A stretch of DNA of 64,000 nt from an uncultured Sphingobacteriales bacterium. Lineage in GTDB: Bacteria; Bacteroidota; Bacteroidia; CAILMK01; CAYYUA01. Each line of letters starts with the position of its first letter. Within the stretch, counting starts at the first letter, position 1. Position numbers and translations under genes: made by a program. This document shows, in pieces, positions 36,990-47,725 of this stretch. The stretch covers positions 19,014 through 83,013 of the forward strand of contig CAZQQN010000001.1 in assembly GCA_964595485.1 (NCBI GenBank), given 5' to 3'. Under the pieces are notes generated by a model that was given only the letters and a program-made list of their open reading frames with translations, had not been told where the DNA came from and did no database searches.

Positions 36990-37469
36990 TTAACCATTCA
37001 CCAATTCAGCAATGAAATGGTAAACCATCAAGCCTGTAACAAATAGTTTAATGAAAGTACCTGCCAAAAAACCTAAGAATGAGCCCAATCCTGCTTTCAT
37101 GGCTTCCCTGCCTCGCTTACCGTGTAGCAGTTCCCCGGCTACTGCCCCTAAAAACGGCCCCGCAATGATACCAAAAGGCGGAAAAAATATTCCCACTACC
37201 GCACCAATAACGCTCCCCCAAACCCCGTATTTTGAAGCTCCGAATCGCTTGGTACCATATATCGGAATAAGGGTATCCAGCAAAACCACTAAGGCTGATA
37301 AGAACCCGTAAATGATCAAAAGCTTTAAGGAAAAGTCGTATGAAGCCGTTAAATGCAAGGCGATCAAACCCAGGAATGCTATGGGCGGCCCGGGTAAGAC
37401 AGGTAATATGCAACCAATAAAGCCAGCAAGCAAGAGAAGGGCTCCTATTACAATGAGGAAGGTTTCCAT
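36990..37469 (-). CDS. DUF456-family (YqgC-like) small membrane protein
   Basis: 159 aa, four predicted TM segments. GCILPVLPGPPIAF motif typical of DUF456. Confidence 0.5.
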   Translation of the reverse strand: METFLIVIGALLLLAGFIGCILPVLPGPPIAFLGLIALHLTASYDFSLKLLIIYGFLSALVVLLDTLIPIYGTKRFGASKYGVWGSVIGAVVGIFFPPFGIIAGPFLGAVAGELLHGKRGREAMKAGLGSFLGFLAGTFIKLFVTGLMVYHFIAELVNG

Positions 37470-37519
37470 AATTACTAATTATGCATCCAAAAATAATTAA
37501 AGCTTAGCCTTTTAGCAGG

Positions 37520-38653
37520 TCAGAGGGAATCCGCAAAATCGATGATGTTTTTAGCCAATTTCTGCCATGAATTGGCATCCTTATACCGCTGAATATTGCG
37601 ATCAAGGGTTTGCTCTTGATCGTTCTCAAAAAATTCCCGTATTTTGCTTTGAATAGCTTCTGCTGATGGCTCCTTGGCAATTAACCCAATATCGCCTCTT
37701 TCAACAATTTCCCTGAGTCCGCCCACATCGGTTACAATGACAGGTATATCAAAATGAAGGGCAATAGAGAGGATACCGCTTTGCGTTGCGGATTTATAAG
37801 GTAAAACATTAACATCAGCGGCTGAAAAAAATAAAGGTACCTCTTGGTCAGCCACATAACGGAAATTTAGCTGAACCCGGTCTTCTAAGCGATATTGTTT
37901 CACAAGGGATTTGTACGCCTCCGCATCGCCATAAACTTCTCCAGCCACTACTAATTGGTAATCTTCAGGTAGATCTTTAAAAGCCTCTATCAGAATATCC
38001 AATCCTTTGTAATCCCTTATAAGGCCAAAAAACAGAACAGTTTTCTTTTGCGGGTCGAGGTTAAGTTGATTTTTGGCGTAATCTTTCGGTATTTTATTCC
38101 CGAAATGGTCGTACACAGGATGGGGGTTGAACAAATAAGGCGCTTTTGGCTTTATTTTCTGTAAATCACCTTTTACTGCCTCACTCATCACAACAAAACC
38201 TGAATTCCGGTTCATGAAGTAGTGAGTGAAAACCTTATCACCTGGTCTTGTCTCATGTGGAATGGCATTATCCAATACTGACACGACTTTGGTTCCCCTT
38301 TTTTTCAAAATGCCAGCTACGGTACCTAAAGAGGGTCCAAAATAAGGCATCCAGAATTTCATGACTAATAAGTCTGGCTCAAAGGCGGCAATTTTTCGTG
38401 CTGCTGTGTAATAAGAAACAGGATTGATGGTATCCAGGATTTGCTCGGCTTTGACAACAGTACTCGTGTCATCTTGCTCGGTAACATATTGGCTTTGACC
38501 CGGGAACAATATATCCGGGTATTGCCGGGTAAAAGTATAGGCTTTGGCTTCATAGCCAGCGTTGTCGAAAGCGTTGAAAAGTGAGGCATTGAACTGGGCT
38601 ATTCCACCACGAAATGGATAAAAAGTGGATAAGTAGGCGATCCTTTTAATCAT
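37520..38653 (-). CDS. glycosyltransferase family 4 (GT-B, retaining)
   Basis: 377 aa. C-terminal EX7E-type GT1/GT4 region (...GEVYGD...SAADVNVLPY...). Confidence 0.75.
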   Translation of the reverse strand: MIKRIAYLSTFYPFRGGIAQFNASLFNAFDNAGYEAKAYTFTRQYPDILFPGQSQYVTEQDDTSTVVKAEQILDTINPVSYYTAARKIAAFEPDLLVMKFWMPYFGPSLGTVAGILKKRGTKVVSVLDNAIPHETRPGDKVFTHYFMNRNSGFVVMSEAVKGDLQKIKPKAPYLFNPHPVYDHFGNKIPKDYAKNQLNLDPQKKTVLFFGLIRDYKGLDILIEAFKDLPEDYQLVVAGEVYGDAEAYKSLVKQYRLEDRVQLNFRYVADQEVPLFFSAADVNVLPYKSATQSGILSIALHFDIPVIVTDVGGLREIVERGDIGLIAKEPSAEAIQSKIREFFENDQEQTLDRNIQRYKDANSWQKLAKNIIDFADSL

Positions 38654-39737
38654 AAGGTAAATGCCTTTCGATGGCTTGATAAACGGTTTCCACCGGGATA
38701 TCCTTCATGCAATGCCTTTCCCTTGTGCAATACTGGCCGTAGAAGTCATCACAACCAGTTGGTGGCTCGATAATTTCTCCCCTTCCGTACAGCTCATATT
38801 CGTAGCTATTGAAAATATTGTTGAAAAGAATGAGGGGTTTTTTGAGTCCAATAGCAATGTGCATCATCATGGAAACAGCTGAAACAATCACATCGCAATG
38901 GTCAGTAATAGCTATGAATTCCTGTAGCGGATATATGCCTGGGTAATAAGCACCCGTTAACTGGGTATAATGCTGATTTTGCTCATCCTCTTCCGGCCCA
39001 CCCAGAATGAGGGGATAATAACCATCTTGCTGAAGTTGCTGAATAAGGCTTATCCAGTAATCAGCTGGCCAAAGGCGGGTAGTCCAACGATGGCCGCAAC
39101 CAGTATTCAAACCGATGATAGGCTTTCCTTCTGCTTGCTCTCGAATAGACTCCCATTTATCAAAAGATTCCTGGTCCCGCTCAAGGACGTAATCTTCACC
39201 TTTGAAATCCATGTGCAGGATTTCAAAGATTTCTTCCAGGTAGCTTTTGGTATTGGCCTGTGAGTATTCATCAAATAAGCCTGTAATGAGCTTATGGGTG
39301 GCAGCATTCGTAGCCGCACTAATATGGCCGTTCTCCAGGTTAAATCCGTATTTTTCTTCTGCTTTGACATCATTCAGCAGGGCACAAGCTTCCCAATCCT
39401 TATCCAGGTTAGTAGCCAGGTCAAATTCACGATGACGTAGGATGTAGGTTGATTTGAAATCAAACGGGTATATCTCGTCAATGTGATTAGCAGGCAGGAT
39501 ATCTGGTGTGTTGGTAATCCAGGTAATTTGACAACCGGGGTACTCTTTTCTGAAACGCTCCAAAAGTGGTGTAGTACGGATCACATCACCAATTGCTGCT
39601 AATTTGATAATCAGGATCCGTTTTGTTACGGGGTCGTATTCATCACACTCACAAATTTTCCCGCGCAATTTATTTGGTTTACAGGGGATATCTCCCTTGA
39701 AATGGCGACAGTTAAATTTTACATCAGAAAGATTCAT
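38646..39737 (-). CDS. glycosyltransferase family 9 (LPS heptosyltransferase-like)
   Basis: 363 aa. ILIIKLAAIGDVIRTTPLL N-terminal GT9 signature. Overlaps the downstream GT4 gene by 8 nt. Confidence 0.75.
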   Translation of the reverse strand: MNLSDVKFNCRHFKGDIPCKPNKLRGKICECDEYDPVTKRILIIKLAAIGDVIRTTPLLERFRKEYPGCQITWITNTPDILPANHIDEIYPFDFKSTYILRHREFDLATNLDKDWEACALLNDVKAEEKYGFNLENGHISAATNAATHKLITGLFDEYSQANTKSYLEEIFEILHMDFKGEDYVLERDQESFDKWESIREQAEGKPIIGLNTGCGHRWTTRLWPADYWISLIQQLQQDGYYPLILGGPEEDEQNQHYTQLTGAYYPGIYPLQEFIAITDHCDVIVSAVSMMMHIAIGLKKPLILFNNIFNSYEYELYGRGEIIEPPTGCDDFYGQYCTRERHCMKDIPVETVYQAIERHLPYD

Positions 39738-39966
39738 AACGGTCTCGTTGTAAAAGGTAATATTGAAGTATCAAAAATAGGCTAAAAGGGTGTGATTTTC
39801 AAATTAGGCCCAAGCCAAGAAAAGGTTAAATTGTTGCCTCTCGAGCTAATTTGAGTCATGTTATCGGCTGTATTAAAAATGGCTTTTTTTGGGTTAAGCA
39901 GTTATTAAACTTGAACTTTGGGTGTTCCAAAAGGTTTTTAAGTATCAAACATACGAATCTGTTCAA

Positions 39967-41232
39967 ATGCCACAAGCTTATATTATTATCATTGGGGATG
40001 AGATTCTGAATGGCCTTACGCTTGACAGTAACTCGAATTACCTGGCTTACCATTTGAATGAAGCAGGCCTGAACGTTACTGCTGTCAAAGTCATTAATGA
40101 TGATGAAGCCATTATCAACCATACATTCAGAGAGGCTAAAGCTCATGCAGATGTAGTGATCGCTACCGGGGGGTTGGGTCCAACACGGGATGATATCACA
40201 AAATCAACCCTGGCCAACCTTTACGACTGTGAAGTAGCTTATGACGAACAAGCTGCTGAATATGTCTACGAGTATATCAAGCAAAGGAACATGAAACTTG
40301 ATGACCGGAATAAGGGCCATGCTTATATCCCTGAAAAGGCATTACCATTGAGAAATAAAAAGGGTATGGCCCCGGGCTTATTATTTGATGATGATGGTAA
40401 GGTAACAGTGGCTCTGCCAGGGGTTCCTTCTGAGATGCAATACCTCACGGATGAGCAGGTGATCCCTTTTTTAAAGGAGCGCCTTAATTTACCCCCTACT
40501 CAGCATAAGCACTTTTTAACAGTTGGTATTCGGGAGATTGTTATCCATGAAAAAATACAGGATTTAGAAGACCAATTACCGCCTGATATCGGGCTGGCTT
40601 ATTTACCGGATTGGGGGATGGTTAAGCTTCGCCTGACTGGTAGAGGGTATTCAGAAACAGCTTTTCGTGAAACAATCCAACCGTTTTCAGAGGCTTTACA
40701 TGAAAGAATCGGGGAATATATATTTGGCTACGATGGGCAAAAGTTAGCGGAAGTTGTGGGTAACTTACTAAAGCAAAACTATGCATCAGTCGCTACAGCA
40801 GAAAGTTGCACGGGGGGTTATTTAGCTCACTTGATAACCAACATAAGCGGAAGTTCGGGTTATTTCAAGGGTAGCTTACTGACCTATGCCAACGATGTAA
40901 AAATGAATGAATTGGGAGTAGAACAGGAAGTAATTGAAAATCATGGAGCAGTAAGCGAGCCTGTGGTTGAACAAATGGTAAAGGGAGTTAACCGCAAATT
41001 AGGAACGGATTATGCCATTGCCACTAGTGGTGTGGCCGGTCCTTCAGGGGGGTCTGATGACAAGCCGGTTGGTACGGTTTGGATAGCGGCAGGCTCATTG
41101 GATAGGGTTGAAACCCACCGCTTTCATTTTTTCAGGGATCGCTTTAAAAATATTTACTTATCAAGTGTAATGGGGTTGGATATGTTAAGGCGGCTGTTAA
41201 TTTTCGGAGAAGTTTATTACCCGCGTGAGTAA
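39967..41232 (+). CDS. cinA: CinA-family competence/damage-inducible protein (NMN amidohydrolase PncC domain)
   Basis: MPQAYIIIIGDEILNG start typical of CinA. C-terminal CinA domain ATAESCTGGYLA. The ORF-track start at 39922 looks like an upstream extension. Confidence 0.8.
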   Translation: MPQAYIIIIGDEILNGLTLDSNSNYLAYHLNEAGLNVTAVKVINDDEAIINHTFREAKAHADVVIATGGLGPTRDDITKSTLANLYDCEVAYDEQAAEYVYEYIKQRNMKLDDRNKGHAYIPEKALPLRNKKGMAPGLLFDDDGKVTVALPGVPSEMQYLTDEQVIPFLKERLNLPPTQHKHFLTVGIREIVIHEKIQDLEDQLPPDIGLAYLPDWGMVKLRLTGRGYSETAFRETIQPFSEALHERIGEYIFGYDGQKLAEVVGNLLKQNYASVATAESCTGGYLAHLITNISGSSGYFKGSLLTYANDVKMNELGVEQEVIENHGAVSEPVVEQMVKGVNRKLGTDYAIATSGVAGPSGGSDDKPVGTVWIAAGSLDRVETHRFHFFRDRFKNIYLSSVMGLDMLRRLLIFGEVYYPRE

Positions 41233-41334
41233 TAGCTAGCCCACACGGGTGCGAGGCTGTCATTTTATATTTAACGCAATAACAATTAATTTTACGCCCT
41301 CATTTGAACAGTCTAAACAAGAAAACATCCGACC

Positions 41335-42756
41335 ATGACTAAGAAGGTAGAATTGTTGATGCCCCAACTAGGGGAAAGTATCCAGGAAGCCACGATTCTT
41401 AAGTGGCTAAAGCAGGAAGGAGATACTGTTGAAGCTGATGAGTCTGTACTTGAAATATCCACTGATAAAGTTGATTCTGATGTTCCGGCGCCGGTAGGCG
41501 GTAAAATTGAACAAATAAAGTACAATCCAGAGGATGTTGTTAAAGTGGGAGAACCCTTAGCAGTAATAGCTACTGATGAAGAAGTAGGTGATGATGTGAA
41601 TGTCATTGAAGATGATGGAGCTTCCGGAGCAGCAGCCGAACCAAAGGAGGAGCCAGTTTCTGCGGCTACCAAGCAAGAAGAATCAGCCCAACCTAAAGCA
41701 TCAGCAGAAACAGCTACTGCAACCGCTGCACAGTCCAAAGCCGATAAACCTGTTAAAGGGGATGGCAGCCGCTTTTACTCACCCCTTGTCCTGAATATTG
41801 CACGCCAAGAAAGTGTTAGTATGGATGAGCTTGAGGCGCTGGATGGCACCGGAAAAAATGGGCGTGTTACGAAGAAAGATATTCTACAATACGTTGAAGA
41901 TAAAAAAGCTGGGAAAGTGGCTTCGGCAGAAAAAGAAAAAGTCGCACCTGCCGAAAAAGCTCCCGCAGACCAAAAAGTCGCAGCCTCCACAGCTCAGACT
42001 TCCGGTCAACAACAAGAGGTTCAAGAGCCTGAAGTTCCTATTTATGAGGGTGATGAGGTTGTAGAAATGGATCGCATGCGGAAGATGATCTCCGAGCATA
42101 TGGTTCGTTCAAAACGAACTTCTCCGCACGTAACTTCTTTTGTGGAGGTAGATATGACCCCGATTGTTCAATGGCGGGAAAAAGTCAAAAAGGAATTTGA
42201 GAAGCAGGAAGGGGAGAAAATTACATTCACACCTATTTTCGTAGAAGCCGTTATCAAAGCCATGAAAGAAATGCCCGGGTTAAACATCTCGGTGGCAGGG
42301 GATAAGGTTATTCATCGCAAGCATATCAATATTGGAATGGCAACAGCTATGCCTTCCGGCCATTTAATTGTACCGGTAATTCATGATGCAGATACGATGA
42401 ACCTTATCGGGCTAACTAAGAAAGTAAATGATCTAGCTAAAAGGGCTCGCGATAATAAATTAAAACCTGAGGAAATTCAGGGTGGAACCTTTACTTTGAC
42501 AAATGTTGGTACGTTTGGTAATGTAGCCGGTACGCCGGTCATCAATCAGCCTCAGGTTGGTATTTTAGCCACTGGCGCTATCCAGAAGAAACCGGATGTG
42601 CTTGAAACGGAGCAAGGAGATACTATTGCTATCCGCCATAAGATGTTCCTATCCATGTCCTACGATCACCGCGTTATTGATGGCGCCTTAGGAGGTGCTT
42701 TTATTCGAAAAGTGGGTGATAACCTGGAAAACTTTGATACTTCCAGGGATTTTTAA
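41335..42756 (+). CDS. 2-oxoacid dehydrogenase E2 component (dihydrolipoamide acyltransferase)
   Basis: 473 aa. Lipoyl domain (EISTDKVDSDVPAP). Ala/Pro/Glu/Lys-rich linkers. E3-binding region. Catalytic domain with the DHRVIDGA motif. Confidence 0.85.
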   Translation: MTKKVELLMPQLGESIQEATILKWLKQEGDTVEADESVLEISTDKVDSDVPAPVGGKIEQIKYNPEDVVKVGEPLAVIATDEEVGDDVNVIEDDGASGAAAEPKEEPVSAATKQEESAQPKASAETATATAAQSKADKPVKGDGSRFYSPLVLNIARQESVSMDELEALDGTGKNGRVTKKDILQYVEDKKAGKVASAEKEKVAPAEKAPADQKVAASTAQTSGQQQEVQEPEVPIYEGDEVVEMDRMRKMISEHMVRSKRTSPHVTSFVEVDMTPIVQWREKVKKEFEKQEGEKITFTPIFVEAVIKAMKEMPGLNISVAGDKVIHRKHINIGMATAMPSGHLIVPVIHDADTMNLIGLTKKVNDLAKRARDNKLKPEEIQGGTFTLTNVGTFGNVAGTPVINQPQVGILATGAIQKKPDVLETEQGDTIAIRHKMFLSMSYDHRVIDGALGGAFIRKVGDNLENFDTSRDF

Positions 42757-42822
42757 ACCGGGGTTTTAAAAAACACCCGATTATTTATTTGTAAAGCCCT
42801 GCGCCCATTCATTATAAACTCG

Positions 42823-42830
42823 TATATTTG
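42823..42830 (+). promoter_or_regulatory. -7 element TATATTTG upstream of phzF-like gene
   Basis: TAnnTTTG match 28 nt upstream of 42858. Confidence 0.35.
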
Positions 42831-42857
42831 GGTTTGCGATAAGCTAAACTCCTACTT

Positions 42858-43649
42858 ATGCCAGTAAGTTATGCTTTTTACCAGGTTAATGCTTTTACTA
42901 CCGAAGCCTTCAAAGGCAATCCAGCAGCTGTTTGCCTTTTAGATGAATGGCCCGGTAATCATACGCTTCAAAATATCGCTGCTGATAACAACCTTTCTGA
43001 GACCGCTTTTCTGAAGCCTGTTGACGAGGACTATGAAATACGTTGGTTCACACCAAGTACAGAGGTCGCTCTTTGTGGGCATGGTACCCTGGCTTCGGCG
43101 TTTGTTGTATTTGAGTACGTTCATCCTGAGTGGGATGAGGTCATATTTCATACGCGGTTTTCCGGGGACCTATTCTTAGCCCGGAACGGTGAGCAATTGA
43201 TAATGGAATTACCCAAAGTACCAATTGAAGAAAGGGTCAATACGCATGGCTTAGACCAGTTTAATGTACCGGTAAAAAAAGTTTATGAAGGTGATAAGCT
43301 CATCCTGGTTCTTGAAAGTGAGGAGGCTGTCAGGGATTTTCAACCTTATCAGGGCTTAATAAGTGAAATGCATGAGTTTGGCGTTGCTATAACAGCCTTA
43401 TCAGATGATCCGGAAATTGATTTTGTGTCCCGCTTTTTTGCTCCAAACGCAGGTATCAATGAAGATCCGGTTACAGGGTCTTTGCACTGTGCACTGGCAG
43501 AGCTTTGGGAGCACTCTTTACAAAAGGATGAAATGAAAGCCAGGCAAGTTAGTTATCGCGGTGGAGACATAGATATAGTCATGAAAGGAGAGCGTGTCGT
43601 ACTTAAAGGCTATTCAAGGAAAGTTATTGATGGGCATTTCTATTTGTAG
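42858..43649 (+). CDS. PhzF-family isomerase
   Basis: 263 aa. FYQVNAFTTEAFKGNPAAV N-terminal PhzF/DAP-epimerase-like signature. Confidence 0.75.
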   Translation: MPVSYAFYQVNAFTTEAFKGNPAAVCLLDEWPGNHTLQNIAADNNLSETAFLKPVDEDYEIRWFTPSTEVALCGHGTLASAFVVFEYVHPEWDEVIFHTRFSGDLFLARNGEQLIMELPKVPIEERVNTHGLDQFNVPVKKVYEGDKLILVLESEEAVRDFQPYQGLISEMHEFGVAITALSDDPEIDFVSRFFAPNAGINEDPVTGSLHCALAELWEHSLQKDEMKARQVSYRGGDIDIVMKGERVVLKGYSRKVIDGHFYL

Positions 43650-43717
43650 CAACGCCAGTATTGAGGTTATTTAGCAAACAACAATAACGAATTTGTCCTA
43701 AGCTAAATGCTTATCGA

Positions 43718-44392
43718 TCAGTTTTGGCTGCTCCCATTTTGATCTTTTTGCTGCCCTTTTGCTCTGATTAACTCCACTTTTTCCTCATCCCTTACTGCTT
43801 TATAACCGCCGGCTACATGATAAAAATTGTGATAGCCGCGAGCCTTTATTAGTGCAATCACACCCATTGATAGCGTCCCATCATAGCACATTACATAATA
43901 AGTTTTATTGGTGGGAAAATCTTCCAATTGGTTAAGTAATTCTGAAGAGGAAGTGTTGACAGTGTCTTTCAAGTGTTCCTGTTGGAACCCAATTTCTGGT
44001 CGAAGGTCATAAACGGAGATGCCTTCATCATGCCTGTAATCCAATGAAAACTCATGCGGGCCGATAGAAATGACCATGTCTAAGGGTTCATTGGCCTTTA
44101 GCCAACTATTCATACCGCCATCTAAATAGCCGCCTATGTTAGTAAAGCCTAAAGCTTTTAAAGCTTCTACTTCCGCATCTCCATCTTGCGAAATCAAAAT
44201 CACACCCCGGTCACTCAATAGCAATGTTTTGACATAATCGTCAAAATCGGTTTCAAAAGGCACATTGACAGCTCCGGGAATAAACCCTTCAGCGAATTCC
44301 TGAGGAGTTCGGGTGTCGACTACCATGAACCCTTTATCACGGTAGGTTTTGAAGTCTGCTAAGCTTAGTGGGCCACTTGTACTTGTTGTCAT
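43718..44392 (-). CDS. tandem rhodanese-domain sulfurtransferase
   Basis: 224 aa. Two rhodanese-like halves (FMVVDTRTPQEF...; YYVMCYDG...). Confidence 0.6.
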   Translation of the reverse strand: MTTSTSGPLSLADFKTYRDKGFMVVDTRTPQEFAEGFIPGAVNVPFETDFDDYVKTLLLSDRGVILISQDGDAEVEALKALGFTNIGGYLDGGMNSWLKANEPLDMVISIGPHEFSLDYRHDEGISVYDLRPEIGFQQEHLKDTVNTSSSELLNQLEDFPTNKTYYVMCYDGTLSMGVIALIKARGYHNFYHVAGGYKAVRDEEKVELIRAKGQQKDQNGSSQN

Positions 44393-44430
44393 TACAATAT
44401 TTTTTGGTACTTTATTAAAATTTTGAACTG

Positions 44431-45141
44431 TTAGGAATTTAAGACCTTGTTTATTTTTTGACTTTGGTTAGCCTTAAAGGATTTTAGGTAATAAGGCTCA
44501 AATGTGCTTATAAATTCTGTTTCGCCATTGTCTACCTTCCGTTTGGCTTCTTTTACCATATAAGTTGCTGATGGCCAAATGTTCTCTGCAAAACGGGCGT
44601 TGGTTGATTTTTCTAAATAGGGTTTAGCTTTTGTCACTCCATTTCCTGCAAAGTAGACAATATGGTTGTTAAGGATTTCGCTAAAACTTTTCTCATCAAT
44701 TACTATTGCTGAAGTATGTTGGTAAAAATTCAAAGCAGTATCAAATAGGGCGGTGTAAACTTCCATTCTTCTGGCATCCAACATCGGACAATGATAAGCT
44801 TCTGATTCTTCACTTTCTATTTGGCTCTGTACTGCTATGCTATACAAAGAATTAATACTGACCAAGGGTATATCAAGCGAATAACAAAGGGATTTAGCAG
44901 TTGCCACACCAATGCGTAACCCCGTGTATGAGCCGGGCCCTCTGCCAATCCCAACGCTTTCTAATTCTTGAGGCTTAACACCTGCCTTATTTAAAGTATG
45001 CTGGATGTAAGGGGTTAATTTGCGGGAATGGATATGAGGTTCATTGACTTCACAAATGCTATTAAGCTGTCCATTGGTTGCCAAAGCTACCGAACAATTA
45101 TTACTTGCTGTATCAATCAATAAAATATGTTGCTCACTCAT
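44431..45141 (-). CDS. tsaB: tRNA threonylcarbamoyladenosine biosynthesis protein TsaB
   Basis: 236 aa. ILLIDTASNNCSVAL and GPGSYTGLRIG motifs of the YeaZ/TsaB family. Confidence 0.8.
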   Translation of the reverse strand: MSEQHILLIDTASNNCSVALATNGQLNSICEVNEPHIHSRKLTPYIQHTLNKAGVKPQELESVGIGRGPGSYTGLRIGVATAKSLCYSLDIPLVSINSLYSIAVQSQIESEESEAYHCPMLDARRMEVYTALFDTALNFYQHTSAIVIDEKSFSEILNNHIVYFAGNGVTKAKPYLEKSTNARFAENIWPSATYMVKEAKRKVDNGETEFISTFEPYYLKSFKANQSQKINKVLNS

Positions 45142-45151
45142 CGGATTTCTC

Positions 45152-45985
45152 TTAACCCTTTAAAAAATGTTCAAAAATCATTTCTACCATTACAAAGACT
45201 ATAACAATCGCAAAAATGATCCTGATGATAGGTTGAGGGAGCTTTTGCGCTAAAAATACCCCAACCGGTGCAAAGGTAATAACCCCTAATGCTAAAGGCA
45301 CAGCCATCGGTAAAATGATGTAGCCCATAGTAAAGGGGATCTTTACCTCAGGCGAACCATGAGCCATAGCATAGAAAATGCTCATCGCTAGTGTATAAAA
45401 TGGCATAATACCCAATGAAATGGATGAAGCCATTCTAATATTCAATCGCATGAACCCTGACAAAACCGGAATAAGGATAATACCACCCCCTAGACCTGAT
45501 AAAGCAGATAGGGTACCGCTGAAAAACCCACTCACTAAATAACTGCTTGCTGGCAAATCATCCCGGGAAATATTTCCTGGGACATTTTTTACGGGCCTGA
45601 ACATACGGTATCCAAGGAAGCCCAAAAGGATAATAACCAGTATACTGAATTTATCCCTTGTATACCAATCAAATTGCAGGATCAGGAAAGAAACCAGTAA
45701 TGCTCCAATCACACCCGGTAAAGCAGTGACAAGAACCTCTCTAAAATAAAAATTGCGGTTGAAAATCTGTTTGATTGTTGCAGATAAGCCAGCGAAAAAA
45801 ACGGCAAATATGGCGTTGGAAAGGATGAATTTAACTAATTCGACATCGCCCAAATCATATCGTTGTAAGAAATAACTAAAGGCTATTACATAAACCAATC
45901 CGCCGCCAATACCTAATAAACCTGCTAAAACACCTCCCGCACTACCAACACCGAACAGGATTAGCAGGTCATATAAGGAAAACAA
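45152..45985 (-). CDS. TauE/SafE-family sulfite/anion exporter (DUF81) membrane protein
   Basis: 277 aa polytopic membrane protein with duplicated GxGGG-containing halves. Confidence 0.65.
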   Translation of the reverse strand: MFSLYDLLILFGVGSAGGVLAGLLGIGGGLVYVIAFSYFLQRYDLGDVELVKFILSNAIFAVFFAGLSATIKQIFNRNFYFREVLVTALPGVIGALLVSFLILQFDWYTRDKFSILVIILLGFLGYRMFRPVKNVPGNISRDDLPASSYLVSGFFSGTLSALSGLGGGIILIPVLSGFMRLNIRMASSISLGIMPFYTLAMSIFYAMAHGSPEVKIPFTMGYIILPMAVPLALGVITFAPVGVFLAQKLPQPIIRIIFAIVIVFVMVEMIFEHFLKG

Positions 45986-45992
45986 GCCTTAA

Positions 45993-47660
45993 TTAATTTT
46001 GAGGTGCCTGCTTAAGTATATCATAATAGCGATTTTTATCCTCCAGGATTTTAACAGCTTTATTTACAAATTTATCATTATCCAGAGAGGCCTCTATTCG
46101 ACCATCCTGGTGATAATACCGCATGACGATCTCTTCCTCTAATAATTTGGAAATCTCTTTTTGATAAGTTTCTAGATCATTAGCCTTATTAGCTTCAAGA
46201 TTGGATTTTAATTTATTGATGTCATTTTTAATGGCACCGTAATAGTTTTCTTCTTTAGCTTTCTTTTTGAGGGCTACTATTTTCTTTTCAGTCTTGGTTT
46301 GATACTGGTAATCTTGTTTTTTAAGATAGGTCTTGAATTCATCATAAATTTTATCAGTAATTTCAAATTCAGACGGCGAGGCTATTGAGTCATGACGATT
46401 CCGGTAAAGCGTTGCGAAGTCAAAATGATGTCGCTCTTCTATTAAATTACTAATTATTTTGGGATAATCTTTCGGGTTTACTTTTAAATCAGGAGTAATG
46501 CCGTCAGCATCATAAACTGTTCTCCCGTTTGCTGTCTCAAAAGCAATTTTTGATGAATCCGCTATTTCCTTTTCATCCTTACCAGAGATATCACGTGCTT
46601 GAATACAGCGACCACTTGGAATATAATACTCTGCAATGGTCAATTTGATCTTAGAGTTGTAAGGTAGGTTCTTAGCTTGCTGAACTAGCCCTTTACCATA
46701 AGTCTGCTGGCCGATTACAACCCCACGGTCGTAATCCTGCATAGCGCCGGACACAATTTCAGAAGCTGAAGCAGAGCTACCGTTTACAAGAACCGTTACA
46801 GGAAGCTTTTTGGCCACAGGACTATTTCGCGTATTATATTCCTTATTCCATTGATCGATCTTTCCTTTGGTTTTTACTACAAGTTTACCTTTTTCTATGA
46901 ATAAGCCAACCGTTTTAACAGCTTCTTTCAAAATACCACCTGGATTTCCTCTTAGATCAAGGATCAAACCGGATAGGTCTTCACTCTTTTCCTGGATATC
47001 TTCTAAGGCTTTTTTAACCTCTTCACTTGAATTTTGACGAAAGCTTTTGTACCTGATATAACCGATATCCTTATCTTCTAAAACGCCTGAATAAGTAACG
47101 TTCGGCATTTTAACTTTTTGCCTGGTAAGCTTCTTTGTCATCTTTTCATCTTCACCAGGCCTATCGATGGTCACCTTTACTTCTGTACCAGGTTGCCCTT
47201 TAAGTATTTGGCTCACCTCATTGGTATTTTTGCCTTTGATGCTCTTACCATCAACCTTTTTAATTATGTCACCTGCCCTGAGGTCTGCTTTGTAGGCAGG
47301 AAAACCTTCATAAGGCTCAACGATTTGAGTGTAATTGTGCCTCTTAGATATAACGGCTCCAATACCACCATACTGACCTGTGGTTTGCATCCGGTAATCT
47401 TCAATTTTTGACTCGGGGATATAGTTAGTGTAAGGGTCAAGATCTTTTAACATCGCTTTTATCCCCGTTTTCATTAGCTCATTTGTGTTGATATCGTCAA
47501 CATAGTAAGTATTCAGCTTTTTGAGCATGGAAACAAAGATTTCCACGTTTTTGGATAATTCGAACTTGTCATTGGTATAACGCCACCCACCAATGACAAA
47601 AGACGATATAGTAATGAGTAGCAACGAAATCAGACCAAATTTTCTTATCTTACCATTCAT
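45993..47660 (-). CDS. S41-family carboxyl-terminal processing peptidase with PDZ domain
   Basis: 555 aa. N-terminal TM anchor, PDZ domain (GDIIKKVDGKSIKG), S41 catalytic region (GSSASASEI...). Confidence 0.8.
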   Translation of the reverse strand: MNGKIRKFGLISLLLITISSFVIGGWRYTNDKFELSKNVEIFVSMLKKLNTYYVDDINTNELMKTGIKAMLKDLDPYTNYIPESKIEDYRMQTTGQYGGIGAVISKRHNYTQIVEPYEGFPAYKADLRAGDIIKKVDGKSIKGKNTNEVSQILKGQPGTEVKVTIDRPGEDEKMTKKLTRQKVKMPNVTYSGVLEDKDIGYIRYKSFRQNSSEEVKKALEDIQEKSEDLSGLILDLRGNPGGILKEAVKTVGLFIEKGKLVVKTKGKIDQWNKEYNTRNSPVAKKLPVTVLVNGSSASASEIVSGAMQDYDRGVVIGQQTYGKGLVQQAKNLPYNSKIKLTIAEYYIPSGRCIQARDISGKDEKEIADSSKIAFETANGRTVYDADGITPDLKVNPKDYPKIISNLIEERHHFDFATLYRNRHDSIASPSEFEITDKIYDEFKTYLKKQDYQYQTKTEKKIVALKKKAKEENYYGAIKNDINKLKSNLEANKANDLETYQKEISKLLEEEIVMRYYHQDGRIEASLDNDKFVNKAVKILEDKNRYYDILKQAPQN

Positions 47661-47725
47661 AATACAAAAAGATTTTCTTAATTAACAAAACTAATTGTTG
47701 AAACCCTATAAGCCTATAAGGTTAA

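Noticed and set aside
39922-39966. Upstream 15-codon extension of the cinA ORF chosen by the track
   Set aside because: CinA homology starts at MPQAYIIIIGDEILNG (39967). The extension is not conserved-looking.
41313-42099. Several 60-140-aa ORFs on both strands inside the E2 gene (41313-41738 -, 41600-41794 +, 41775-41990 -, 41798-42064 +, 41884-42099 -)
   Set aside because: They lie within the Ala/Pro/Glu/Lys-rich linker region of the dihydrolipoamide acyltransferase. Low-complexity codon repeats generate open frames in all phases.
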